From contig CAVNZM010000001.1 of the NCBI GenBank assembly GCA_963693365.1, forward strand, positions 7,890,907 through 7,954,906: a DNA stretch of 64,000 nt, given 5' to 3'. This document shows positions 26,658 to 41,450 of the stretch, piece after piece. The notes beneath the pieces were generated by a model. It did no database searches. It saw only the letters and a program-made list of their open reading frames with translations, and was not told the DNA's origin. The position numbers and the translations under genes are program-made. How positions within the stretch are numbered: position 1 is the first letter of the stretch; each line of letters begins with the position of its first letter. This DNA comes from Amoebidium appalachense (Eukaryota > Protista > Ichthyosporea).

Positions 26658-28229
26658 TGTGTGTGTGTGTGTTTGTGTTTGGTGGTGGTGGTGGGGGGGG
26701 GGGGGAGGGGAGGGGGGGGATTGGTGTGGGTGTGGGCGTGGGTATGGGTGGGTTGTCATGTGGATGTGTGTACCCACGTGCATGCCACACATGTACACAT
26801 GGAAACGTGCCCGGCTTATAGATGAACAGGTGTATGACGGTAACGCATGTACATCCCGTATCTCCTTAGCACTTAATTAACTTACACCCACCCTCAATTA
26901 CTCTCTCCCCCTATCTGTTCCATTTTTCTCTTTTCCTGCTCTAGCTTCTCCCCCTCCCCCTCCCTCTCCCCCTCCCTCCTCCTCCCTCCCCCCCCCCACA
27001 CACACACACACCCTCCGCCTTCCCAAACCCCCCCCCCCCCCCCATCACCCCCACTGCCATCATAACCACCGCCATCCTTCCCCTGCCCCTTCCCCTCCGT
27101 CTTTCCCATCTTCCCTCGCGCCCTCCCCTCCCCCTCCAACCCCCCCCCCCCCCCCCTCCCCTCCCCCTCCCCACCACCACTACCACCACCCCACCACCCC
27201 TCCCCCTTATCCATGCAGCGATGGGCCGAGTTTCTGTCGTTCATAGGTGCGAGGGGTCTTGCCGGCATCCACAGCATGCTGTATGCATATTCTGAACATA
27301 TGGATAGACCAATGGAGGAATCGGCAACATGACGAAAAAGCACAAATCAAGTTTTTAGCGGGCCGCATCCCCCCCCTCCCCCCCCCCCCCATTCCCCCAT
27401 GCCCCTATATTCTCCCTCCCCCTCTGCCCACCTTCATTCCCATTGTTCTTCTCTCCGAGCCTCGCCTTTTTTTTTTGGATTTCATTGGTTGAATTAATGA
27501 ATGCTAAATAAATGGTGGTTGGGAAGTATTAAACCTTTCACCGTGTCGTGCATTTATGCTTCCATTACTACTCTCTACCTTTCTGTTTTTCTCTCTCTCT
27601 GCTCTTTTGCGATTATGGGCTTGTACTGCCACTGCGAGAATAAATGGCTATACACGAATTCATTTTATTGGCTTTCACTAGTAGTATATACCATGCACTG
27701 CCCAGACCAAAATGTTTGTTTCCGTGAATGGTTATACCTGTATCCATCTTATTGGCTTCCGCTAACTATAGTATGCACTGCACATTGCTTAAATTAATGG
27801 ACGAACCTAGTTGTTGTTGAACTTTGTACATCGTGATTTTCTGTAAGTTACTTACAATAGTGGCATGTGTGTTGAAATACGTTCTTGATATATATATATA
27901 TATATATTTTCAGCCTTCCCCTCGTGTATTTATGCATAAATGCCTGAATGATTCTGAATGGTACCCATAAAAGAGTCCAAATCTGCACGTGTGTGTGGAT
28001 ACATCATTAAACTTTATGCACTTTGCACTACTATGATTGGATTAAGTTAATTAACTAGCTATGCCGATTTCATAATTAATTAGTGCTACTCCATCATAAG
28101 TTCATAAATCGCCACTCAATATCTGCCCGCCTTTATAATTTAATCCCTGTTTTCCGGAAATTAATAGCCAATAAAAGGTCTGCTTGGCCCTCAGAATCCA
28201 GACAACACATTATGTATCATGTAAGTAGA
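23996..28229 (+). CDS. Probable further multi-exon gene of unknown function; exons only partly resolved
   Basis: Non-repetitive islands bounded by AG/GT signals between microsatellite introns, e.g. 23996-24092 (NALVLAGRDSS...DFLK), 24904-24948 (TTQGEAGKPTEPENE), ~26202-26249 and ~28083-28220 ending at GTAAGT. A full phase-consistent path was not established and no domain was recognised. Confidence 0.35.
25120..25690. repeat. AT-rich composite tandem repeat: TAAGATTTTAGAAAATAG / TTTTAGGATGGTGAT units with three interspersed GC-richer modules
   Basis: The short units recur many times. TTGGAYCGACYGSARGGAGACG modules lie at 25267, 25458 and 25622. Confidence 0.85.
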
Positions 28230-28360
28230 GATGTGCACCAGGGGTCTAATTCCGTGCCTGTGGATCGCTTATGCTCTACCATCCTGGCCGCATGCTTTTT
28301 AGGCCATGGGTGCCTTAGGAAGTTGTATCCAATGGATCTGCAGCTAGTGAGGGTGGCAGG

Positions 28361-28401
<41 letters not shown>

Positions 28402-28426
28402 AAGCCGGGGGGCATTGGGAGGATGG

Positions 28427-28506
<80 letters not shown>

Positions 28507-29278
28507 GTCACTTTGTCCCCCCCCCCATCCCCCACGCACACACACACACACACGCAGTGTCACGCACGCACACACAATCATGCGCACATGCACACACACA
28601 TACACACACAACCACACACACAGGCACATGTACACACACACACACACATACTATGTGTGTGCACCATAACAGGCACCTACGATGCTAGCGCACTATGCAT
28701 GTAATTAGATAGATGTATGATGAATTGAGGAATGTGTAATTTAAATAATGATCAGTGAACATATGTATATATATATGACCACTAGTAGTGCTACTACTGC
28801 ATGAGCATTCGTGGTATACCAAACGTTTGGCCCTGTCGACTTCACTGCCACAGTGCCCCGTTACCTCCCTTCCTCCCACCATATTGAGGCTCCCCCCTCT
28901 CCAATAATTTTTAATACCCCACCCCACCTCCTCAGCTCGCTCCTTCCCCTCATTCCGGATCCAACCGTAGTCTTGAGGTTCTTTGTTGTGGCTTCTAATT
29001 TTGTATTGTTTGAAAACGCGTGCCACATAAAACGAGTCCCACACATATGGCTAACTAATATGCCATGATCATATATGAATATATATAAGTATGTATTTGC
29101 GGGCGACCCCTCACATACTACTGCATATATATAGTATGTACGAAGACGGACAAAGTAAAACTCGCCCGTACACAGTAAAATACCTCGCGCGGGTGCACCG
29201 GAACGGCACGTCAAAAGAGGTGAGAGAGAGATGGCCCGTCGGCGTGAAAGTCCATGGCAATCTCCCGCCGCCATTTTT

Positions 29279-29390
29279 CCGCCAATCAAATCGTGTTTAA
29301 CACTTATAATATTGGGAATGTTGATTGGTTGACTTCACGGGGAAAAAATTTTGCTATCACATTCCAATCTCGCTTGCACAGGTATAAATT
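29279..29390 (+). promoter_or_regulatory. Conserved promoter of Thr-rich gene copy 1 (CCAAT, inverted CCAAT, TATA)
   Basis: ccgCCAATcaaatcg ... gATTGGttga ... atctcgcttg ... ggTATAAA. The same ordered blocks occur upstream of copies 2 and 3. Confidence 0.75.
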
Positions 29391-29529
29391 TAGCTTGAAC
29401 CTCAGTCAATCGACAGAAAATCATCGGATAACACAACCAGCCGCAGCGCCGCTAATAGCACTATTAGCGCGGCTACAGACGACAACAACACATCTTCGAA
29501 CCCTGCCCGCCTATCCCTAAGCATCCAAG

Positions 29530-30102
29530 ATGAAGTGCCTGGCTCTCCTTTCCGCTTTCCTCTTCGGCCTTTCTGCTGCCGCCGCCACCCTCTCAACCGC
29601 CTCTGCAGCCGCCCTTGTGCCCCCACCGAGCCCAGCCACAGCCGCTTCAGCCGACAGCCAGCCGCTGGTAGGTGCGGCCAAGGCCAAGACGGTAACCAAG
29701 ACGGTGACCAAGACGGTGACGCAGACGGCTGAAAAGACGCTTGTCTCCACGACCACGGCCACGCGGACGGCCACCACCACTGCGCACGTTATGGCCACAG
29801 CCACCGTGACCGCCCCAGCCACCACGGTCACAAAGACAAGCAGTGTGGTAACCACCCAGGTGCACTGGAGCACACTCACAGCCACGGCCACACAGACACT
29901 GCCCGCCCCCGCGCCTGTCACGGTGACGGAGACGCAGACGGTGGAGGTGGCCTTGACGCTGACGGAGACGGCCACGGAGACCACGACAGCAACGCTTGTG
30001 TCCACGCTGGTCGCCACCACCACGGCCATGCAGACCAGCACCGTGCTGCAGCCCACAACCCTCACAGAGACCGTCACCGCAACTATGGCCGCTGCCGCAT
30101 AG
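29530..30102 (+). CDS. Secreted Thr/Ala/Val-rich protein with TxT periodicity, copy 1 (190 aa, intronless)
   Basis: Signal peptide MKCLALLSAFLFGLSAAAA, GC3-rich coding bias, TATA upstream and near-identical paralogs at 34753 and 40347. No TM or GPI-like tail is visible. Confidence 0.88.
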   Translation: MKCLALLSAFLFGLSAAAATLSTASAAALVPPPSPATAASADSQPLVGAAKAKTVTKTVTKTVTQTAEKTLVSTTTATRTATTTAHVMATATVTAPATTVTKTSSVVTTQVHWSTLTATATQTLPAPAPVTVTETQTVEVALTLTETATETTTATLVSTLVATTTAMQTSTVLQPTTLTETVTATMAAAA

Positions 30103-30705
30103 ACAATGTAGCCGGATATGTAACGAATATATACTGATATACGCAGCATGAGTCGCTTTATTGTTAAGAAAGCTGTCGAATTCGAAAGACGGTATAGTTA
30201 GCCTACTGAGTCCGCCTCCTGACAGTGTTGTGTTGTTCATGACTCAACTGGCCCTGCTGTTCCCGCTTCATCCCATGCATATGTCGCACACAAATGTTCG
30301 TTATATAGTTAGGTTACCACCACCACCACCCTCCCCCCCCCTTCCTCCCCCCTCCCCTCCCCTTTCCCAGGACCCAGAAAAACTAGGAGGCACGATTTGA
30401 TATTAGTAGGTTTTCTCTGACTTTTGAAGGCTGGGGTAAAACACCTGTCGTAAATGAATGTGTTATGTCAGTTAGCATCACGGTTGGTGAAGTTGTTTGA
30501 TTGCATCATCATTAGCACAGTACATACGATACATAAGGAACCCCTCATAAAGGGCTCCTCCGGTGACACAACGTAAGCAATCCTGAAGAAAAAACTTCCT
30601 TAAAAAAATGTTGAAGAAAGCCAATGATTTCTGATGGGCCATAATATAATAGTATCTCATTATGATTAGATGCCTCCCCCCCCCCCCCCCCCCCTCCCCC
30701 CCCCC

Positions 30706-30743
<38 letters not shown>

Positions 30744-30749
30744 ACCCCC

Positions 30750-31839
30750 TGTTGGAGTGCAGACTTACGCTCACTCCACAATATGTGTATGTTAGCTTTA
30801 CAATTGGTTCCGTGTACACAGACACACGCTGACACTCGATCACCACATGCACATCTGCATAGTTGAGGAATGTTGCCAATTGTGTTTTGACTGCAAACGA
30901 TTGGTTCACTGGTCCCAGAGATCTCTAAATGAAAGTAACCAATCCGATTAGCGCCTGGCATCCGGATTACATTCCAGACTGCTGCCCCACGGGTATATAA
31001 GCCACGGCTCTGCCAGGTGCAGAAATGGAGTTCAGTCATGGAGTTCAGTCATGGAGTTAACACACTGAAAGCAGTAAAAAACGGGTCAGCGCCCAAGCGC
31101 GCCACGACGACCCTAGTCACAGCGGACTCTACTTCCAACAGGGTTATGGGCCCAGACACGACACCGCGGCCTCTAACTTCACGTCCCCTACGACGCCTTG
31201 AACGGAGGAGCCAGAAACCGACTTCTAGGCTGTACCCTACACCCGCGAGCGTATTTCCGTGAAGTAGAGACTTTCGCTTCCACAAACTCCATCCGCAGCA
31301 GCCTGCGACATCAATGTGAACGTCAAGTATTCCACTTCATTGGCGGGGCACGCACCACAGTGGAATGCACACCCCGGTCTACCCTGCAAGCAGCCACACT
31401 CACTCTCTCTTCTCTAGTGGTGTGTACACTTCTCCAATTGGGTAGGGGTGTTGGAGTGCAGACTTACGCTCACTCCACAATATGTGTATGTTAGCTTTAC
31501 AATTGGTTCCGTGTACACAGACACACGCTGACACTCGATCACCACATGCACATCTGCATAGTTGAGGAATGTTGCCAATTGTGTTTTGACTGCAAACGAT
31601 TGGTTCACTGGTCCCAGAGATCTCTAAATGAAAGTAACCAATCCGATTAGCGCCTGGCATCCGGATTACATTCCAGACTGCTGCCCCACGGGTATATAAG
31701 CCACGGCTCTGCCAGGTGCAGAAATGGAGTTCAGTCATGGAGTTCAGTCATGGAGTTAACACACTGAAAGCAGTAAAAAACGGGTCAGCGCCCAAGCGCG
31801 CCACGACGACCCTAGTCACAGCGGACTCTACTTCCAACA
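30750..31839 (+). mobile_element. Non-autonomous Copia-type LTR retroelement (TRIM-like), 1090 bp, recent insertion
   Basis: Two 391-bp LTRs (30750-31140 and 31449-31839) that appear identical, with TGTTGGA...TCCAACA termini. PBS GGTTATGGGCCCAG at 31142-31155; purine-rich GGGTAGGGG before the 3' LTR; 5-bp CCCCC TSD; 308-bp non-coding interior. Each LTR has CCAAT and TATATAA. Confidence 0.93.
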
Positions 31840-32030
31840 CCCCCACCCCTTTCCCCCTAGGACTCAGTTGATTTAAGATTATGGCCCTCTCTCTGACCAT
31901 CAGAGTCTTTCTCTCTCCTCCGCCATCCCCAAACAGAAAAGCACAAACGAGAGCTCAACAGGCACTCAGGTGGGGGGGGGGGGGGGGGGGGGGAGGGAGC
32001 AACAGAGGAAAAGGGTGTGATTGTGTGTGT

Positions 32031-32119
<89 letters not shown>

Positions 32120-32355
32120 CACGTGTGTGTGTGTGTGTGTGCCTGTGTGTGCCTGGTGTGTGTGCCCGTGTGTCTGTGGGAAGTGTGCCTGCGTGTGTCT
32201 GTGTGTGTGTGGGAAGTGTGTGTTTGTGTTTGCTTCTGTGTGCATGCGTGGCTGCGTGTGTGCATGTGTGCTCTCTTGCGTGCGCTCGTCCGTGTGTACG
32301 TGCATTTCTGTGTGGGTGCTGTCGTGCGCGAGATGTGTGTGCATGTGTGTGTGTA

Positions 32356-32403
<48 letters not shown>

Positions 32404-32849
32404 ACGGTGTGTGTGTACGTGTGTGCGTCGGGGGAGGTTTGGGGGGTTGGGGTTGGGGTTGGGGTTGGGGGGAGGAGGGGGGGGGCTCGGGGAGATAAAA
32501 GAGGGGCAGCGGATGACACACATGTACACACATCACATGCGTACTGTAGTACGTGTTACATGCGCCGCCACACATTATAAAAACAAAAACGTATAAACTT
32601 GTGTGAAGAAACACCCAAACGTGGATACACGTTTGCAACGTTACACACAGCCACGAGCGGAATCAATAAAACACTTAGTTAAGGCAACACGACACACACA
32701 CGAGACACACGCACGCAGACACATAAGCACACACACAAGCACACTGAGAGAGTGAGGGAAGAAAAGAGAGGAGAGAGAGACGGAAAGAGAGGAGAGACAG
32801 AGATCTGAGATGGACAGAGGGTGAGAGAGGGAGGGAGAGGGGGGAGGGG

Positions 32850-33407
<558 letters not shown>

Positions 33408-33854
33408 GAGTGAGTGGGTGAGAGAGCGAGTGAGAGTCTCGGAGGCGGAAAGAGATGGAGCGCAAAAGAGATAGAGAGAAAGAGAAGGGGCGGGGAGGAA
33501 GAGGGAGAGACTCGGAGAAGGAGGGAGAAAGGTGGGGGGGGGGGGGGGGGGGGGGCGGGGTGGGCGGGGGGAGGGGAGGGGAGGGGAGGGAGGGAGACTG
33601 GGAAGAAAGAGAGAGAGAGAGACTCTGTGAGGGGTTGGGGAGTTAAGGAGAGTCCTAGATGGGGGGAGAAGGGGGGAGGGGAAGGGGGGCAGGGGAGGGG
33701 GAAGGGGAAGGGGGACGGGGAAGAGAGAGATAGAGGGAGAGATAATACAGAAGGAAAGGTAGAAAGAGGGGGGGGGGGAAGAGACAAGGACAGTACAGAG
33801 GGGGTGAGGGAGGGGGAGGGAGGGAGGGAGGGAGGGAGGGAGGAGGGGGGGAGA

Positions 33855-34023
<169 letters not shown>

Positions 34024-34343
34024 GGAGAGAGAGAGAGAGGTTGCAACCACCGACACATCACAACACATAGATATAGACCAATTGTTTTGTTTTATCACGT
34101 TTGCCCAGCGAGGATCAGCCTCGCTATATCAGGTTAACGTTTTCTCTATGCTGCAGCGAAAGCAGTGCCACGCAATCAATATTGCATACATGCAAGCAGA
34201 CATAATATCTGGACTGGGATCTATACTGGTAATTTTGCACGATATCCTATAAGTTCTCTTTTGGCCACACTCAGTGCAGTCACAGCATAGATTCACGTCA
34301 CAAACATAGACTTGAAACGGCCCTGAAGGAAAGAGAGAAAGAA

Positions 34344-34392
<49 letters not shown>

Positions 34393-34451
34393 AGTACAGA
34401 GGGAGGGGGAGGGGGGGGAGGGGGGGGGAGGGAGGGAGGAGAGAGAGAGAG

Positions 34452-34486
<35 letters not shown>

Positions 34487-34525
34487 AGCGTGAAGAATCC
34501 ATGCCCATCTCATGAACAAACATGT

Positions 34526-34635
34526 CCGCCAATCAAATCGCGTTTAAATTTTATTCGATCGGAACGGTGATTGGTTGACATCATGGGGAAAATATTTTGT
34601 AATCACATTCCAATCTCGCTTGTACTGGTATAAAA
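34526..34635 (+). promoter_or_regulatory. Conserved promoter of Thr-rich gene copy 2
   Basis: ccgccaatcaaatcg / gattggttgac / atctcgcttg / ggtataaaa, in the same order as for copy 1. Confidence 0.7.
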
Positions 34636-34752
34636 GGAGAGTCGACCTCGGTCAGTCGACAGAAAATCCAGACAACGCAACCACTGCCAACCAGCCGCTA
34701 CATAGCACCAACACGCCTTTGAACCCTACCCGCCTATCCGCAAACATCCAAG

Positions 34753-35320
34753 ATGAAGATCTCTCCTTTCCGCTTTCCTCTTCGGCCTTTCTGCTGCCGC
34801 CGCCACCCTCCCAACTGCCTCTGCAGCCGCCCTTGTGCCCCCACCGAGCCCAGCCACGTCCACTTCAGCCGACACCCAGCCGCTGGTAGGTGCGGCCAAG
34901 GCCAAGACGGTAACCAAGACGGTGACCAAGACGGTGACGCAGACGGCTGAAAAGACGCTTGTCTCCACGACCACGGCCACGCGGACGGCCACCACCACTG
35001 CGCACGTCACGGCCACAGCCACCGTCACCGCCCCGGCCACCACGGTCACAAAGACAAGCAGCGTGGTAACCACCCAGGTGCACTGGAGCACAGTCACGGC
35101 CACGGTCACACAGACACTGCCCGCCCCTGCGCCTGTCACGGTGACAGAGACGCAATCGGTGGAGGTGGCCACAACGCTGACGGAGACGGCCACGGAGACC
35201 ACGACAGCAACGCTTGTGTCCACGCTGGTCGCCACCACCACGGCCGTGCAGACCAGCACCGTGCTGCAGCCCACAACCCTCACAGAGACCGTCACCGCAA
35301 CTATGTCGCCTGCGGCTTAG
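34753..35320 (+). pseudogene. Thr-rich secreted protein copy 2, frameshifted in the signal peptide
   Basis: After ATGAAG the 7-mer TGCCTGG of copies 1 and 3 is replaced by AT (net -5 nt). The remainder is intact and near-identical up to TAG 35320. Confidence 0.8.
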
Positions 35321-35993
35321 GCAAAGTAACGGCTCTGAAAGCGGCATCGGTCACGTATAATAACCCTTGATTAATTATGATCATAATCTAAGAATAACTA
35401 TCAATTTGTATAGTGAAGCTGTTAAATGGCCCCATGGCTAATCCATATATATATAGATAGTACATTACACTTTAGTTGACTGGCAAAAATGTTTCGTAGA
35501 CACGTTCCATTATTTAAATCCCCACCCACCCACCCAAACACCCACCCACCCCCTAACTAATCCCCCACCCCTATAAGGGGCTCCTAATTCGATATAAAAA
35601 AATACCGAACTTCCATAAAAAATGATGAGGCAAAAAGACCCCGCGGCCGAATCCCATGTTTTCTGATGTGCACCGTTGAATGTTTCGTTATGATTAGACA
35701 CCCCTCAACCCGCTGCCCCCTCCCTCCTCCCCCCTCCCCCCCCCTCTCCCCCTCCTCCCGCCTGAAACCAGCTAGTCTACGTCTGTAAGTTAGGTTGCTA
35801 TCTCTTTGAAATCCCATCGGTGTCTCAGAGCCTCTCTCCCCCATACATAAACACACAAACGGGACTCCGAGCCTAACAGGCATCCAGGAGGGGGAGAAAG
35901 TCAGTTAGATTAGGACCTAGGGAGGGAACACGTGCGGGTGTGTGAGAGGGGTGGGAGGGGGGGGCTCTACAGGAAGTAAGAGAAATAAAGAGG

Positions 35994-36133
<140 letters not shown>

Positions 36134-36188
36134 GTGTGTGCAGTGTGTGTGTGTGTGTGTCTTTACGTGTGTATGTACGTGTGTGTGT

Positions 36189-36259
<71 letters not shown>

Positions 36260-37050
36260 CCTCGGAGAAATTAAAAGGGTTCGGGGGATGACACACGTGT
36301 ACCCACACCCACACCTCATTATATGCCCGTTGTGACACATAAAAACACAATAAAACGGGTGCACTTGTGTGGCAGAAAACAGTCACACACGCAGATATGC
36401 ACACACGTGTACGCTGCTACACACAGCAACAAGAAGCACACTACTAGTACAGATACATACACACAATTTAAAAAGTATTGATGCGCTCGCACACACCCAC
36501 ACACAAATTTAAAATTGACACACGGCTCTGAGACATTGTGTGCAGAATAAAGAGAAATTTAAGGAGCGAGAGACGGGTAATCCGAAAAAGAGGAGAGACA
36601 AAGGGAAGGAGAGCAAGAAGAGAAAGAGAGAGCAAGAGAGTGCGGAGAGAGTGAACGAGAGACAGAGGGAGGGGGGAGAAGGAGGGGGGGGGGGGGGAGG
36701 GGGAGAGAGAGAGAGAGAGAGGGGGGGGGGGGGGGGGGAGAGAGACAGAGACAGAGAGGGACACATATACATATATCATGATAGAGTGTACATATATATA
36801 GATAGTATCTATGATATATAGTGTATATACGCACCGGCGTGGCTGGTGTGAATACCCTGGGCCAAGTGTGTGCAAATAGGTAGGATTGTTAAGGGTCTGT
36901 TAGCTTAGCTAATAAAACATTAGCACCCTAGCTTAAGTACTGTCGGTGCTGGGTGGAAGACGGCACAGCGGTCACCCACTTTTAAGATAACAGGTAAATA
37001 CGGTTAAGGGTCTAAAATCCTATGGTTTCTCGGCCGTAGGGTTCCGTAAG

Positions 37051-38472
<1,422 letters not shown>

Positions 38473-39556
38473 AAAGTAGAACCAGGGAGTATTAATTAAG
38501 GCACGTGTCCGGGCACCGCGGACCCATTAATGTAAACCGTTACACCCTTTCTTAGCCAGTTAGCCAGTTGCACACACATACACACAAACACACACACACA
38601 CACAAACACACACCACACACACACACACGTGACACACATACACACACACACACGCGACACATATACACACACAAACACACACACACACACAAGGACAGGA
38701 CACTCACGTGCACCCCCCCCCTCACTCCCCCCCCCCCCCCCCCCCCCCCCCACCACACACACACACACTCTCTCTCTCTCTCTCTCTGACGTTCTCGGTC
38801 TGTTGAATGGTAACAAAGCAAAAGCTTCCAGAGGACTTCAAGCTAATCAGAAAGCAGATGTTATCTGCTGCACTTAAGGGCTTCCCTTGTGCACAGCCCC
38901 ATAATAATAATACTAGACTAAGTAGGGAAGCCACAGCCCCCCTCCGAATCCTCCCCCCCCCCCCCCCCTCCTCGTTATCTTATTTCCCCCCCAGCCTCGC
39001 TAGCCCTATAATCTCAATTTTTTCCAAAAATTCTAGTACTGTTTATTTTACAGGTGAATTATCTTAATCCTGAATGACCCCTATAGTTCCCCAGGAGGAG
39101 GGCCCCGAGGCGTTCCTCCGGGGAACAAAACGGGATGAAACTCAGTTATATATATAATAGTGTGTGTGTATATATATATATATATATATCATATATTATA
39201 TTTATATATGTATATTTCAATATATATATAGTGATATATGCCATATATACTATCTGGTTTATATAAACATGTAAACATACATATATCATATATCTATCAT
39301 ATGATATATATAAATAAACACACACTATGATATATACATACCGTATATATATATATATATATATATAAATATATTGAGAGAGCGCGAGTAAGAGAGACGG
39401 AGGCAGGGAGGGGGAGAGAGAAAGGGAGGGAGAGAGAAAGAGGGAATGAGAAAGAGTGGGAGCGAGAGCTGAGAAAGAGAGGGGGGGGGGGGGGGAGGGG
39501 GGGGAGGGATCCGGATAGAGGGGGAGGGAGGGAGGGAGAGCCTCTCTCAGGCTCTC

Positions 39557-39665
<109 letters not shown>

Positions 39666-40108
39666 GGAGGGAGAGAGGGAGAGAGAGAGAGGGAGAGAGA
39701 GAGAGAGGGAGGGAGAGAGAGAGAGAGAGGGGGGGGGGGGGGAGGGGGGGGGGGAGATGAGAAGTCGACTGAAAAAAGAGGAGAGACAGAAGGAGAGAGA
39801 GCGATAGAGAGAGAGGAGAGAGAGGGAGGGAGGGAGAGAGTTGGAGAGCAAAGGGGGAGAAGAGAGAAGAGAGAGAGAAGGCCCTGCATCACACTACAAC
39901 CACTACACTATGACTACACTATTACTAATATTATCAATAGTACTACGCAGCACCCGCTCATACAAAGAAAATGCCTCGTGTGTGAGGAGAAGGACGTCCT
40001 AAAAAGGCGGTAAGGGAGTGAGACGTTGCATTAAACACAATCGAAATAGTAAGAGTAGCCTATGTGCACAGTGGAACCTTGATCATTGCCATCTCCCGAC
40101 AAACATTT

Positions 40109-40240
40109 CCGCCAATAAAATCGCGTGCGTAATACGCACACCCTGGTGCAAATATACAACTTACTTCGGGATTATTGATTGGCTGAGATCACGTGCAAAT
40201 ATTTTGTAATCATTCCCATCTCGCTTGCAGAGGTATAAAT
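40109..40240 (+). promoter_or_regulatory. Conserved promoter of Thr-rich gene copy 3
   Basis: ccgccaataaaatcg / gattggctga / atctcgcttg / ggtataaa; the spacer between the two CCAAT boxes is longer than in copies 1 and 2. Confidence 0.7.
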
Positions 40241-40346
40241 TCAGCTTGAACCCAGTCAGTACTAGTCGACAGACACAACACAGCCAGCCGCTACAGCCAC
40301 AGCAACACGCCTTTGAACCCTACCCGCGTATCCGCAAGCATCCAAG

Positions 40347-40928
40347 ATGAAGTGCCTGGCTCTCCTTTTCGCTTTCCTCTTCGGCCTTTCTGCTGCCGCC
40401 GCCACCCTTCCAACCGCCACTGCCGCCGCCCTTGTGCCCCCACCAAGCCCAGCCACGGCCGCTTCAGCCGACAGCCAGCCGCTGGTAGGCGCGGCCAAGG
40501 CCAAGGCGGTGACCAAGACGGTGACCAAGACGGTGACGCAGACGGCTGAAAAGACGCATGTCTCCACGATCACGGCCACGCGGACGGCAACCACCACTGC
40601 GCACGTCACGGCCACAGCCACCGTCACCGCCCCGGCCACCACGGTCACAAAGACAAGCAGCGTGGTAACCACCCAGGTGCACTGGAGCACTGTCACGGCC
40701 ACGGCCACACAGACACTGCCCGCCCCCGCGCCTGTCACGGTGACGGAGACGCAGACGGTGGAGGTGGCCACGACGCTGACGGAGACGGCCACGGAGACCA
40801 CGACAGCAACGCTTGTGGCCACGCTGGTGGCCACCACCACGGCCGTGCAGACCAGCACCGTGCTGCAGCCCACAACCCTCACAGAGACCGTCACCACAAC
40901 TATGTCGCCTGCGGCTTTGACAAAGTAA
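40347..40928 (+). CDS. Secreted Thr/Ala/Val-rich TxT protein, copy 3 (193 aa)
   Basis: Intact ORF with signal peptide; near-identical to 29530..30102. Confidence 0.88.
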   Translation: MKCLALLFAFLFGLSAAAATLPTATAAALVPPPSPATAASADSQPLVGAAKAKAVTKTVTKTVTQTAEKTHVSTITATRTATTTAHVTATATVTAPATTVTKTSSVVTTQVHWSTVTATATQTLPAPAPVTVTETQTVEVATTLTETATETTTATLVATLVATTTAVQTSTVLQPTTLTETVTTTMSPAALTK

Positions 40929-41346
40929 CTGCCCTTAGTGGTGTTGCTTTCAGAAGAATTAACATTGATTTAGTATAATCTTTGCACATATTCATTCAAT
41001 TCGAGGCAAAGAGTAAACAGCGTAAACCCCCCTGGGTATATGTATACCCAGGTGATTTTAAAAATTTGGGATCCGCCGCCGAAATCCGATAGGATCTGGT
41101 GAAATCTGTGGTCCGTGACTTTTGAGCTCGATGAAATCCAATGGCCGGAGGCAAGACCATTTCTCGCTACCGTCGTGGTCTCCGAGACTCATGGACATGA
41201 AATCAGAGGCAAGTACGGGAGTTTATTATTTTGAAAAATTAAATTAGATGCATTAAAAGAATATGTATGAATAACTGTTAATTGACATCTAACAAACCAT
41301 GAAAACTATGGTGTGTGTGTACATGTAAGTGCACGTACGGTGTGTT

Positions 41347-41450
41347 CGCTGGTCGCCACCACCACGGCCGTGCAGACCAGCACCGTGCTGCAGCCCACAA
41401 CTCTCACAGCTGCAGAGACCGTCACCGCCACTGTGTCGCCTGCAGCATAA
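41347..41450 (+). pseudogene. 3'-terminal fragment of a fourth Thr-rich gene copy
   Basis: Encodes LVATTTAVQTSTVLQPTTLT-AA-ETVTATVSPAA* with a 6-bp insertion; the 5' part is absent. Confidence 0.8.
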
